Part shown: positions 1 to 15,000 of the stretch, one piece after another | Layout of the letters: every line of letters starts with the position of its first letter | How positions within the stretch are numbered: the first letter of the stretch is position 1 | Assembly: GCA_965202585.1 (NCBI GenBank) | Contig: OZ241827.1 | Span: forward strand, 77,562,001-77,626,000 | Source: Thalia democratica | Lineage: Eukaryota | Reading direction: 5' to 3' | DNA length: 64,000 nucleotides | Program-made: the position numbers and the translations under genes | Notes under the pieces: model-generated | What the model was told of the DNA's origin: nothing | Databases searched by the model: none | The model's input: the letters and a program-made list of their open reading frames with translations, nothing else

Positions 1-3000
1 GCTGAGAAAATAAATAAGTATCGATTAACCGTGCAAATCTCAAATGGACAAGCTACTAAATCAACACAAGTAATATACTTAGTTTAAATTTTAATCAAAT
101 ACTAAATGCATATTTTTTAGTGTTTAATAAATTAGAATTAAATTAATTATTCTATAAAAGGTGTAGTATTTAATTACTTTTTAATTAAACTATATGTTTA
201 CAAAACAAAGTATGTGAAGAAAGAAAAATTCTAACTCTTAGGTTACAATAGAAGTTGAAGATAAAAATGATAATCAACCACAATTTGATTTTCCGATAAT
301 TCGTATGAACTTAATGGAAGACGTCCCAATAAATAGTTTAGTGACAAAATTATCAGCAAATGATGCCGATAATCAAGCTTCGAACAGAAATTTCGTTTAC
401 AAATTAGTTGGTGCTGCAGACAGAAATAGTTTGGATAAATTTACTGTCACATCAGACGGTTTGTTTTATTTTATTGCTCACATATTTCTACTCAGTAGTA
501 GTTTTATTTGAACAATTTAAACAGGTCAAGTAAGAACATTAAGTAAATTGAATCGGGAACGTCAAACTAAACATCATTTAGTTGTTCAAGTATCTGATCA
601 AGGATCACCTGATCCATTTAAGGTTAAATATAGTTTGCTAATATTCCATTATCTTTAATTATTTTTAATATTAAATAAAATTTATTCGAAGTTCTAGACT
701 GTAGACTTTATACTTTTGTACATTTATATAGTATAAAACCATGTTTATTTAAGTAGAAAGTTAAAACAAATTTGTTACAGAACAACTGTTACGTCATAAT
801 TACTTTGAATGATGTCAACGAACATACCCCTGCTTTTATCAGTCAAAATTACCGAGCCCAGTTTTTAATCGATGGTGAAAACCCTAGTTTGCCTGACACC
901 CAACAGTTGTATCGCATGATTGAAGGTAGCAAGTTAGGAGAAATTATTTTACTTGTAGACGCAGTAGATGACGATATCGGTCGAAATGGTAAAATCACTT
1001 ACACTATTGTTAAAGGTAAATACTTATTACAGTAATTGTAAATATATATTTTTTAGAACATTTTTTAAATTATAAAAACAATTTTACTTCAATACTTTGC
1101 TAACAAAATAAAAATCTTATAGTAAACTCACATTTTAAAATATCATATTTACTAAACGTTAACTAAAATATTTTAGCTAGAACAGTATATTATTATTTCA
1201 TAATAAAAAAAAATACTATATAAACTTAAATGTATACTTTTGTTTAAAGAATATTCTTAAAGTTTTACTAATAAACATTATTATGAGCGTTTTTTCAAAG
1301 TTTTTGGTTTTAGATAACAAAAGGCAATAGCACTTTTATAATTTTGTTTTCATAGCAAATATTTCGAATAATTCGAGAAATATAATTTTATAATAAGCCA
1401 AACCAAACAGAAGTAATAAGATTATTTTGACTTTAATAACGTTTTTTTAAAGACCTCACCTCTATAAAATTTTAATTAAAAAAAAAAAAGTTGATCTTTT
1501 TAGTAAATGAAATCTTAGGTCGCTCTGTTGTATACAATGAGAAAATCAATCTTTTCTTTACGAACTTGCACTATGAAGTATATTTTATTATATTTTCGAT
1601 TTTAAATAATTTTTTTTGCTCACTTCCAAAACACTTTCAATTTATCCTAGACCGTATTTATTTTTATAAACTATTTGTTTTTGTACTCTAAGTGTTATAA
1701 AAAATATTATTTTTTTTTTCTAATGTACTAAATAATTTTTAAAATGTATAAATGTAAACAATTAGTAAATTAATTTTTTTCAAATTTAAAAAGTATTTGA
1801 TACTAAAAATCTTGACAAAAAAGTTCAAAACTAAACAAAATTGTTTCCTTAGTAGCATTACGTAACAAAAAAGAATAAGTAACAATTTTTGGGTTCTAAG
1901 ATCTTTGAAATAAAACTACTAATTTAAAAACAGACAATGAGTTGGAAACGCGTCAGGTTTTAGTATAACTGACAATTATATGTCACATATTATTTTGCCA
2001 CTTTGTAATTACTTTATACTATTAAAAATTTTCAAAAGTTATATTAAAATTGAACATTTTAGCAATGCAAAATCATTTTAAGTTTCAGTTTGTTTATTAG
2101 CTTTAGTTTTAGGCAAAATTATGAAATTTTATGAAATTAGTTTTAAACTTAGGTTGACCTCAGTAAAGTTATACATTTTATCAAATAGTTTCTTGAATTT
2201 TTAAATGTTTTGCAAAAGTTTAACCTAGATAAAGTACAAGATGTCCGTACTTACTATAAAATAGTGGTTTTTAGTCCTAAAACATCTGCAATAAAATAAT
2301 TTTCTAACTAGAATCATTTATGATTTGCATCAAAACAATAACAGATGTTTACAAAACTTTTAAAATCTGTGTGACACTGATCTTTTTAAACATTGAAAGT
2401 TCTGATACATAATTCAAAAATCCAATTGATACCAGTCTGCATCAAGTAACTTATACCGGTTTCAAAATAATCTAGTAATGCTAATTGTTTTTAATATTTA
2501 ATTACCTGTCAGATTAATCACCAATTCGTTTCCTCTGGTTTGTTAAAGATCAAAGAACGAAAATAAAATTTTGTGAGTGTCATTTAGAAAATTGAATTAG
2601 TTATTAATTTTAGTTTATTGGAATTCATTATTAATGTTTATTTTAGACAGACACATGCTATTGAAAATTGTTGCTAACTAAACAGTTTGAGATTTTTTAG
2701 TTAATACTTTTATTGTATAGCAGATTTAGGTAGCTTTATATGTATTCAACAATTTAAAGCAAATTTACAGAAATTAGTTTATGTTACTATCAAAAGCACT
2801 ATTAGAATAACAGTATATTAGGTTTTAGCAATTTAATGAAACAGTTTGTTAACGATTTGTGCAAATTTTCCTAGTAGACTTTAACACAAAGTTTTGTAGA
2901 GCTTTCAAGTCCTATTATGACGTACGACTGTTGAAATTTGCTGAAAACAAACAAAAGCACAAACTTTATGTCTTGCTCAAATTTGTATTATTAAACAAAT

Positions 3001-6000
3001 ATTCTATACTTAGGGGCATTAAAACATTCAAGAACCTAATATTTACCTTTTAATGAAGTTTTTTGAAAACCAAAGCTTTTCAAGAAATTAGTTCTTAATA
3101 ATCAGTTACTTATAAATTAGTACTGGTTTGTATTAACCTAAATTATTAATAATCTTTTTATTTACGACATTGATGTATTAAATAAAAATTTTAGTTTTTA
3201 GTTTTTTGTTCAAGATGTTTGGACGTATATGCGTTTATTGTACAACACTAAAAATTATAAACATAACCTTGTTTTTTAGGCAACAACGCTGGAGTATGGA
3301 GAATTGACGAAACCACCGGTGGTTTGAGCGCTGTCAAGTGGCCAACAATTCAAAATGAAAACAGCGACATTGTGCGGACAGAAATTTTAACAGTAGAAGC
3401 TCGCGATGGCGGTCAAAATTCTCGCGCTTCAAGAATGAACGTTTCAATTGAAATAAGAAACTTTAGAGACAATTCTCCTCTATTTGATAATGACGTCATT
3501 CATGTTAGCATCGCTGAAAACACAACTGTGGGAAGGTAAGATATTAACATAAACACTATTTACTTATCAAAAGCAAATTAATAATTGTCAATTTTAATTT
3601 CAGCTTGGTTGCCAAGGTAACAGCATCCGGTCCAGCCGGTATATTTTATGACGTCACAACAGGTGATTCTGATCACTTCCGGTTGGATTGGTTCACGGGC
3701 AGGGTGACTCTTTTGTTGCCGCTCGACTACGAAACTCGTCGCGATTACGTCTTGTGCGTCGAAGCGAGGGGCGGTGACGTAATGATGACATCATCAATGC
3801 AATTAAAAATTCATGTCACTGATGTTAATGATAACAGGTTAAAACTCTAACAATATAAATAACTTGAAATTTTAACAGCGATTGTTTTACAAACAAAAGT
3901 TTTTTTGTAGTAGTATAAAAAGCAAAAATACATATTTCAGGCCTGTTCTTGATCAGACAAGATATTCATCAAAAATTTACGCGAATTCATCTGATCAAAG
4001 TGTAACGTCGCAATTATTTGACGAACAAGGTAACGTCTTAAAAGTGGAAGCGCATGATATAGATACTGGATTAGGGGGATCGCTTAAGTACCAAATAATT
4101 GCTCTCTCATCTGAAGATCAGGATTTCATTGATGACAGATTTTTAGTGGACGAAAGAAGCGGTGCTATTCTGAAACTTAATGGAAACCTTCTCTTTGACC
4201 ATTCTTACAATAACATCTATCAATTCATGGTAAATTTAGGTTTTTTAGTGTAAACGTTAAGAAAAATAGTTAAGTTAAAGAGTTACTTTGATCAGTTATA
4301 GTTTCTGTTTTAATTAAACATTTTTATTAAGGTTCAAGTCACAGACAGAGGAAGTCCTCCTCTTGTAGCAACTGAAAGAGCTTACGTCACTGTACAATCA
4401 ATTTCTCATTATTCTTTAAAATTTGCTAAAAATCGCTATACGGTAGAAGTACAGCCACCTTTTGTACCTGGATTTTTGATTCCAGTGAATTTAGAAGTTG
4501 TTGAAAACGGCTTCAATTCAAAATCAAAGTTAGAATACTCAATAGAGCCGGAAAACCCATATTTTGAAATAAACAGACACAATGGCGAAATTAAAACAGT
4601 TTCAAATCTAATTCCACATCAAAAGAAAACAACACTAAATGTAAAATTATCAAACAAAGAAACTAGTTCTTATACAATTGTCAAAATAGTTCTACTTGAA
4701 CCTTATAGTGGTGATCTAAAATTAAACGAGATATATGTCGAAGAAAATTTAAAAAAAGTATGTCAATATAGTTTCATAACACATTTATTTTTGATTTATT
4801 TGATTATTTATTTTATTATGAAAACTTTACTATTTTTCAACATTTAATAAGGATTTTAAATTTTCAGGGAAAAGCATTGTATACATTGGCAAGTATTCAC
4901 AACACAGTAGATGTTGACTGTGTTTACACTTTATTGAATCCAAATCCACATTTCAACGTTGTTGGATCTGCTATTCTTACCACCAATGTAACACTAGATA
5001 GAGAAACAAATTCTTATCATAAAGTACGTTACAAATGAATTAAAAAACTAATGTCAACATAATTAACATAAATCAAATAAATTTAGATTTATCACTATAC
5101 TTTAGTTTTATTTAAGTTGTTGTATATTTAAACTATTAACAAATAAATCTAAACTTTCAGCTGTTAGTTGAAACAAATTATCCAGCTTCAAGTCAAAGTA
5201 GTCGAACTGAAATAAAGATAAATGTCGTAGATGTGAATGATAATGCACCTGAAATTTTACAACAACCGATTAACATATTTATACCTAGAAATGGTAAAAT
5301 TGGAACAGCTGTCAAACAGGTTAATATTCATTTAGGTGATAGAATGTATTTCAAATCAAATTTAAAATTTGATTAAAGGCTAAATATTTATTTTACTACA
5401 ATTGTTTATAGAATACTTAACAAACATATCTCCAGATCAAGGCAATTGACAGAGATTTTGGTCCAAACTCCCAAATTAAATTCAGTTTGAACGGTCCTGG
5501 TACTAAATACCTGAGAATAAATCCTAAAAGCGGATTGGTCACCACTAGAACTTACAAGTCACGTGAAGTCAGAACGACTACTGACGTCACGATAATCGCG
5601 GAAGATCAAGGTAAACCCCAATTGCGAAAAGAAGTGAAAGCGACTTTGCACTTCACAAACGGAAACCCGCTTTCAAAAGAGGTGAAATCCCCTGTTTTTG
5701 TAAAAGCGCGGGAAAATTTACGCATAGGAAGTTTAGTGACTGATGAAATTGGATCGCAGTTTACAGATTCTGTTGAGAAAGCAAATTTTGAAATTGTTGA
5801 TGGAGATCCTGAAAGTAAATTCCAAATTGATTTTAAAACTGGTAAGTTATTATCTCAAATTTATTTTGAATACAATATAATTTCTTTAAAAAATGAAATG
5901 AACAAGCGATTGTTACTAAACTAATTGTTATTTAAAGTAAGCTATAAAAGTATTATAAAAAAATAGTAGTTATCTTAAGTATAAAACACTTGTTAGGAAC

Positions 6001-9000
6001 TTTATATACTCGAAAAAGTTTGGATAGAGAAAAACAAGATACTTACCAGTTACAAGTGAGAATATTAGAACAAAACAGAAACTCTATCGCTTCAGTAACT
6101 GTTTTTGTTAATATTCAAGACGAAAACGATAATCCACCTATTTTTCAAAATAGCTTTTATTCAGTAAACATTAAAGAAAACTTGCCATCTAAATCGTTTG
6201 TTATCAGAGTAAGTTGATGTTAACTAGATATTTTTTTATTAAAAATAAAGTTGTTTTAAGTTTTAATTTATTTATGTTATAATAGTTTTTATTTACAGTA
6301 TAATCTAAGCTATACTCAACAAACTTTTCTTAAAAGATTGATTGTGAATGTGATCATGAATTTTTTTACAATTTATTTTATCCTTTAATTTTGCTGTAAC
6401 TCAACCTTAAGCTTTACAAATGACATTTTTTTGCCTAAAGTTTGAAGCTTAAGTTTTAAAAGTGCGCATGAAATATGCGATTTAAAAATAATAGTTTTAA
6501 ATTTATTTAGGTACAAGCTACTGATGCAGACATAGAAATCAACGCAATGATCAAATATACAATTTTATCCGGACACGAAAGTTTTGAAGTTGATGAAAAT
6601 AGCGGAGTCATATCAACATCTGGTAATATTGACAGAGAAGAAGTTTCTCAGTTTATATTTACAGTAAGAGCAAGTGATTGTGGAAAACCGTCAATGTTTT
6701 CAGATGCTGAAGTTGTTGTTTTTGTTGATGATGTTAATGATAATCCTCCATTTTTCTCTAATGTAAGTGTTTTTGTTAAAGTAAACATATCAGTGGAACC
6801 TTAAAGCTTATATTTTCGTATAAAGTAACTAAAACTCACGATTTTTTTTCAATGGTTTATGTTTAAGTTTTTATTATTATTATTTTTACTAGAAAGTAAT
6901 GTCTTAAGAAGAACTTAACCTTTAGTAAAATGTTATTAATGCAGAAAAATGAAGTGTTATCTGTAAGCACTCTAATTGAGCCTGGATCAAAAATAGGTCA
7001 AGTAAGAGCTTACGATTTAGATGTTACTGATCAAAATAGTTTGAAATACTTCATTGAAACTGATGGTCCAATAAATATAGATAAGGAGTCAGGTTTGCTA
7101 ATTTCATAAAATATTATTTTTATGAGTGTTCATTAAAAAACAATAAAGTTGAAAAAAATTAGTATGCAAAGCTTATAAGTTATATAAAATACTCAAATTT
7201 AAAATTTACTTATAAAATTTAATTTCTACAACGTTCCTACTTACAGGTGAAGTATTTTTAAATGATCTAACTGAACCATATGAAAAACGAAACAATATTT
7301 ATGCAATAACAATTGTTTCTGATGGAGTATATTCCACATCTACTAATCTTCAAATTAAATTTGTTACTAAATCTACACGAGTATTAGAGTTTCATGATTG
7401 CTCAATAAACAAGCCTAAAGTTTTCCGTATAAAAGAAGATGTCCTAATAAACACTTTTGTCGGAAAAGTAAGTATACGCTAATTTTAAGATACTTAGTTT
7501 AGTATTTCTATATTTTAACTAATATTTTTCAGCTAAATTTATCATCTGATTCTGTTAATCCAGTAATATTCACCATTGAAACGACAACTTCTGATTCTTC
7601 TCGATTTAGGGTAATTCCCTCAACTGGAGAGTTGTTAACTCAAGATTCCATCAGAAGAGAGTTTCTCACATCTACAAATGACATCATAAGATTTGTTGTT
7701 ACAGCTCAGTCGAGCTCAGGTTTGATAATTGTTTAAAACTAATTATATGTATATAAAAAATTGTGCTAAATTTTGGTTTTACCTTATAGTTTTAAACAAC
7801 ATACCTGATTATACTAAGTTAATTTCTTACTAAAACGTCTAATTGGTTTTTATATGATACTAATTTGACATAGACTTATTCAAAGATAACAACAAATTAC
7901 GCTATTAATTAAAAAAAAAATGTTTTGAACAATTTTGATATACTGTTAACTTAATATATTCTCCTAGTTTATGTAACTTGTTTACATATGTTACAGAAAT
8001 TAAGATAACAAAACAATTATTTTATATGTTACAACTTATTGAAAAGTTATTCGTTTACAGATATAGCAAGGTGTGAGACTGTTATTGTTATTCAAGACGT
8101 CAACAATAATAAACCTGAATTTGATAGAAAAAATTATCAGGGAATTGTCGTAATTAATCAAACGATTGCCGGTGAACATTTACTGAAAGTTTGTATTTTG
8201 GTTGTTAATTTTGCAATTTATTATAATAATAAGAAGAATTTATACTTATTTAAAACTAAAAAAACTAATTATGCAATAATTTAAAAGATAAAAGCATCTG
8301 ATAATGACATTGGAGTGAATGGAAAAGTATCTTACAACTGGTACGATAAAAATAACAATGCTTTTCAATATTTTGATACTATTACTGATAGTGGAATAAT
8401 CTATTTAAAAAAGCCACTTACGGGAAAAGGTAGGAACTTTAAATTGTTTTTTTTTTAATTCAAGTTTTTATTATAAATATGATTGAATAGTTATTTAGCT
8501 TATAATAGTGGAAATGAAATGATATGTGCATATTTCAGTTTATTTTATTTGTTTTTCGTAATATAAAGTCAAATATTTGTTGAATGTCTCAGTCGTGAAA
8601 CGAACGGAAGTTTTAAATTGAAGCAGACATTAATAAAAAAATAAATTTAACTCCTGTAACAATAACTTTATTGTCTGAAATAATTTTACACTTACTACTC
8701 ATAACAGCACAGTTGCAAACAATTGATTAATTTGTTGCAGATGAAGAAAGTTTTAGTTTTTTTATTCAAGCAATAGACGGAGGTGGGAAATATTCTCTTG
8801 TTGGAGTGAATATTAATGTTATTTCAACAACAATTCATTTACCAGTTTTTGAAAAAAGCATAATAAACGTTGTTGTACCTGAAGGTATAGCTATACGATA
8901 TAAAGTAAGTTTCCCATTTTTTTACAAATTGTCTTTGTATAATTAATCGTTAAATAAACTATGAGTATGTATTGTGACGAAAGAAACTTTCAGAAATAAG

Positions 9001-12000
9001 TTGAACAGTAAGTCACAAAATATTATATTTATTTCAAGTGTTATACAAACATTTAACTTATATTTAAAAACATACAGTATAAGTTGAAATAGTAGAGAAT
9101 AAAAACTGATTAGATTTAATTTATATATTATTCATTATAGATTGCTCAACCACAAGCTTTAGCAAAAAACCGAGAAATTTACTACAAATTTGCAAATCAT
9201 CAAGGTAATTACTTTTATACATATCAATGCTATCATAATAAACCATGATAACTTGGCAATAATTTTTTGTCAAGTACAAAACTGTTAATTAATTTTTGAA
9301 GCTTTCGTTGAAAACTATTTAAACCAAGTGAAAATCTTTGCTAAACAATAAAGTAATAAAGTTGAAAGGTATTCAATGAGAAAATAATCGTCATAACTAA
9401 GTTACAAATATATGATAATAAAACAAACAGATGGTGATGAAACACAAATGAGAAACTTCAAAATAAACAAACTGAATGGAGCAATTACCCTAACACAAGA
9501 GTTAGATTATGAAAATAAAAATTATTTTGAGCTTATTGTTGTTGCATATGTAAGAGAAGAAACTGAACTTATGGCTGAATCTAAAGTAAGAAAAACTTTC
9601 TTGAAGTTTTAAAAAACTGTTTGATTTGAAGTAAACAATTCAATTTCAAAGAAATTATACTGTTAGGTTTAATAATATATATTTGTAAACAACACAAAAT
9701 ATATTGCTTATTCAGATAACAATTGAAATTGAAGACATAAACGACAATCCACCTCAGTTTGATAGTCTTTCATATAAAACTTTTGTTGTTGAAAATAAAT
9801 TGCCATATGAACCGCTTGTACAAGTCAAATGTAGTGATAAAGACTCTACAAAATATTCAACTATCAAGTATAGGTAACGATTTGAACTAAAATACCAAAT
9901 ATTTATACTGTCTTTTTTTAAAACTAAAAGAAACTAGATATTACATATAAATTAGTTTTCATTTAATTGCTTTTTGTTGGCAGTAAAGTGTAAAATTACT
10001 GAAGTTAACTCAAATGAATTTAATTAAATTTTCGTAAATAAAATTAGTTTAGTTGATAGTACTGCTTAATTAAAATAAAACAACACTTAGTTTTGTAAAC
10101 TGAATTATTTTTTTTCAGGTTCAATGAAAGTCATCCATCTTTTAATATCAACCCAGTGTCTGGGATGGTTTCCCTGACAAAATCTCTGGACAGAGAAAAC
10201 TACATTGAAACAAAAGGAACAATTAGTCTCAAAGTGTCTTGCACAGACGGAAAATATGTTGATAGTTCAAATATAATTGTCACAATTAAAGATGTTAATG
10301 ACAGAAAAGCTGTGTTTAAAAGCGACTCAAACCAGTTTAATATTTCTGAAGGGTAAGTGTTGTATAAAAACTATAGAAGTTTAAATATTTATGTGGTCAA
10401 ACAAAATTATTTTTTTTGTTTCTTTCAGGGCTAAAGCAGGATACAAAACAGCATCAGTAATGTCAGCGGTAGATCAAGATTCTTCAACAAATGCTTCACT
10501 TGTAACAACAAGTATTATTAAAGGAGATCCTCTTCATTATTTCGATGTGTTTTTTCAATCGAAACACTCTTTAGAAGCTTCAGGAATGTACTTAAACATT
10601 GGATTTAAAGTAAGGATTTGCATATGTTTAAACTTAAATGCTTTGTATTACAAAGTGTTGTAATAATTCTACTATTCTTAGGTTGCTAATGATATTGATT
10701 CAAACATTCCTGATGTAAATGAAGTTACTGTCTCAGTTTTTGACGGAATTCATCACTCTTATGCACAAGCTACTATAAACATTGTAAACCGAAAGTACAA
10801 ACTACCAATTGGAAAACCGCTTTGCAAAAAGGTTGACTTCTTTTATTCCACTTTAGTTACTACGTTTTATACTTAAAATAGCTTTACAAATTAAAAAAAT
10901 ACATTATTACAAGATATAACAACTATATGCTACGGTCGTTAAATACATTTTATTTTTTTACAGCTTTTTTACAACGTATCTGTCAATGAAAACAATAAAG
11001 TAAACTCACAAATAGCTACAATCGACATTGCAGACAAATATAGTAAAGCTATTTACACTTTGATTGGAGAATTTAAAAATAGATTTTCATTCGACGAAAG
11101 TACTGGTTAGTAAAACTTTAAAAGTAAACCAACAGTTCTATAACTATTATACTATCTAAATATACTTTTTTTAGGAATAATTTATGCAACTGAAAGTTTA
11201 GACAGAGAAGAAAGAGATAGCTACCACTTAAACCTTCAAGTTAAGTACTCGAACGATTTAAAGTGCCTGATACAGGTAAAAAAAATTAAAACAACTAGAT
11301 TAATTAATCATTCAAAAAAAAAAAACGAATTATGTCTTACTCAAACTTATTTTCTAGATCTTTATAAAAGTGTTAGATGTGAATGACAACTGGCCAACAT
11401 TTACAAAAAGTCAATTGAGGGTTCGTGTAAAAGAAGATTCGGTTGTGGGAAGCGTTGTTTGTCAATTTGCTGCATTTGATGCTGACATTGGTTTGTTTTT
11501 TGTTATCAGTTACAACTACCTGAATGAAAAAATAAACTTAGTTTATAACAAAATAAAAAACATTTTTTTAAGATAATTTTTTGTTTCCAAACAATAAATA
11601 AGCTTTAAAAAAAAACACACATAGTATTTTAATTTAACTCCTTTAACTAACATTTAAGGTGAAAACTCTCAACTGAAATATGCTATACAACGTCACAGTT
11701 TAGATTCAGTTCCTTTTGAAATTGATGAAAAACATGGTTATTTGATATTACAAAGACCCGTTGATCGTGAAATTAGAGACAAATACCTTTTCAACATTAC
11801 TGTTAGTCAAATTTTTTCTTAAACTTAATAAAACTTTAGTTACAATTTTAATAAAGTTTCTTAAGCAGTTAAAGTTACAATAGGTGAAGTTTTATTTTGT
11901 CGACTAAGCTGAAGAAAATTGGCAAACATGCTTTCATATACAAACATAGAAACATATTGTTAACTCTATACACGAGATACAACTATAGTTTTACAATAAT

Positions 12001-15000
12001 TTTTTTTAAAGGTAAAAGACCAAGGGATTCCAGTTAAGTCAACATCAGTTCAAGTTAATTTAAGAGTAACAGACGTGAATGACAATGCTCCTGTATTCAA
12101 TCAAACAAATGTTAGTTTTCAGTATCTAAAATGTTTTATGACTAAAAATCCGTTGACCGTTACTTATTTACTATAAAATTTACTTTACAAAGAGTGGTGT
12201 GCTCTACTCTAACAAAATAAAAAAATTAATAAAGAAACCTTTTAATTGTATAATTAATATTAATCGACTCTTTTTTTTCAGTACAAAGCTGAGGTTAAGG
12301 AAAGTGCCAAAATTAGCCATCTAGTGGCAAAAGTTGAAGCATTCAGTTTAGACGATGGAGTAAATGCGGATTTGCAATACCTCATTGTTGGAGGAAACGA
12401 ACTTAACAAGTTTCAAATCGACAGTAGATCAGGTATAAGAGAATAACTTTAAAAAATGACTACTTGAATCATTTATATAGTAACAACATTCAAATACAAC
12501 TTTCATTCAAATACAGGAGAAGTTGTTCTTCTTGATGAAGTGGATTATGAGGTGAACAAATATTTTGTGTTGACAGTCCGGGCGCAGGATCTTACAGATG
12601 ACCCACTTATGAGCGACACTTCTCTCAACATACGTGTCATTGACGTCAATGACAACAAACCTACTTTTAACAACATCAATTTTCCTGTGAGTATAAACTG
12701 TTTGAATAAAAAGGTTTAAATTAAAAGCTAATGTTTTTTGTCTTTCAAATTAAAGATATTCGAAAGTCGACCATTATTTATTATTTTGTTAAAAAGTTCA
12801 AATCTGGTCATAGTTCGTGCTAAAATCTTAATTTAGATTCTAGATTTAGGGATTTAGAGTTTTCAAACAAGTTGTTAATTTCAGATATTTGTCAACGAAG
12901 ATGTCATTGATGACGTCATAGCAACAATAACCGCTTTTGACAAGGACCAAGGCGCAGGGGGCGAGGTCAAGTACTCGTTGCTAAGCAACGAAGCGGACCA
13001 GCTGCCGTTCCAATTGGATGAGGACAGCGGTCGGCTGTCAGTGGTCGAACCGGGTCTCGACTTTGAAGCCCGCCGTTCGTACGCCTTTGAAGTAGTTGCC
13101 AGGGACAACGGAACTCCTTCCCTAGCAACGAGCGTCGACGTCGCTGTCAAAGTGAGAGACGTCAACGACTGTCGACCGCGGGTGGCGCTCAAGAGTTTGC
13201 ATGACAACGTTGCGTTGCGTTGTCAAAGTGACGTCACGACAAAGTGCACTGCGAGCGTGTCGGAAGCAGAATGGAGAAACGTTTTTTCGGAGGAGGGCAT
13301 AGTAACGGTAGGGGCGACGGATGATGACGTTGCCAAGGGAAACGCGGCCCCTTTTAAATTTAATCTCGACTCACAACTTGCAGGTTAAATAACTTGTTTG
13401 TTGTGTGTATACATTTATTTAGCTCAAACTTATTTATATAAGCATTTCAAAAAGCCCATTTCAACTTGTTAGTTAATGTACGGTATCTCTTTTTATACAT
13501 GAAACATAATTAAAAAAATTTTTTATGAAGAAAAATTAAATTAAACTTAACCATATTCTTTTAACAGGTGAATTTGTTTTTAATGACAAAAATGTGCTGA
13601 TATCAAACAACCCGTACGAAATAGAAGACATTTCATCAGATAAAGCGGCTAAAACGTTCCATTTCACCATAACTGCTACTGACAGTGGAAATCTCGAATC
13701 TTTGCCTCTTTATTTAGAAGTTGTCATTTTGAAAGAAAGCAAGTATCCACCGGTTTTGATCTCTCAAAAGATTCAAATTATGACTACTGAAGGTTTGTTC
13801 AAATATAAACTAATTTCGAGTATTATAAAAGGATTTTATTATAACAACCAACTTGTATACACAAAAAGATATATTAATAATTTACCCAAGCTTAGCTACC
13901 TTTTATAATGATTTTACTTACTTGAATATTAATTATTCGTCTTAAAATAGTCTTTAGTTTTACTGTTCTGTTTCAGATTACTTCAAAGGAGGAGTGATAT
14001 CTTCAAAGCTGTACGCCACCGACAAGGACCCCCACGACTTGCAGCGGCTCACCTTCAAGATCGACTCGCTCGCCGACTTCGAGTCGTTCACGGTGAACCC
14101 CCTCACCGGCAAGCTGTCGGCGACCAATGGCGTGCGAGGTCGCCACAACGTCACGGTTGGCGTCAGCGACGGCAGCAGGTACTCGACGGGCCGGGTCGCC
14201 ATCGAAGTGGTGAAAATTTCAAAGGAGTCGATTCAGAGTTCGGTCCAGGTCACTTTCGAGGGGATTCCCCCAGAAGCGTACCTTTCGACGGTTCACGGCA
14301 AATTTTTAGCGGCCCTCGGTGACATTCTTCCAAGGGGTTCGAACCCCGGTGAAAATGTGGAAGTTTTGTCCTTGAAACGCTTGAATGATTTCAATGCGCA
14401 GCTGGTGTTCAGCGTGAGGTCGCCGAAGCGTGACGGCCAGTACCTGAAAGTCGGCCGCCAGCTGAAGGACTCGCTGCCGCTGCTCACCGAGAAGGCGGGG
14501 GTGAGGGTTACAGACGTCAGGGGGGAGGAGTGCGACCTCGAGTGCGCCCACGAGTGCCGGTACGACGTAGTTGTGACGTCATCAGGGGAAAGTCCCGTCA
14601 CCACGAAAAAGTGGAGCTTGCTGACCCCTCATTGGTTCGAACGCGAGGAGAAGTGCGTGTGCAGGAAAGGTCACGCGGGTGTGAATTGCGCTTCCGTTTG
14701 CGCTGGAGTAACGGACGTGTGCGAGGAAGTAGGCGGAAAGTGCGAGCTGGACGCGAACGAGGTACGAGGCTACCGGTGCGCGCAGAAGAACCAAAGAAAC
14801 AGCGCAGTTTCTTTCGGTGGAAATTCCCTGATCGAGTACAAGCTGAACTACCCTGAAGTGTTCAGTTTGTCGCTGAGGTTCAGAACCCGGCAGCGCGACG
14901 CAAAACTGCTGGAGGCCGCGGAAGAGTCGGGAGGAAACTTGGCGCGCGTCAGCGTCGACGAAGGGAAACTGAAGCTGGAGTTCGCGTGCGGGTTGGACGG

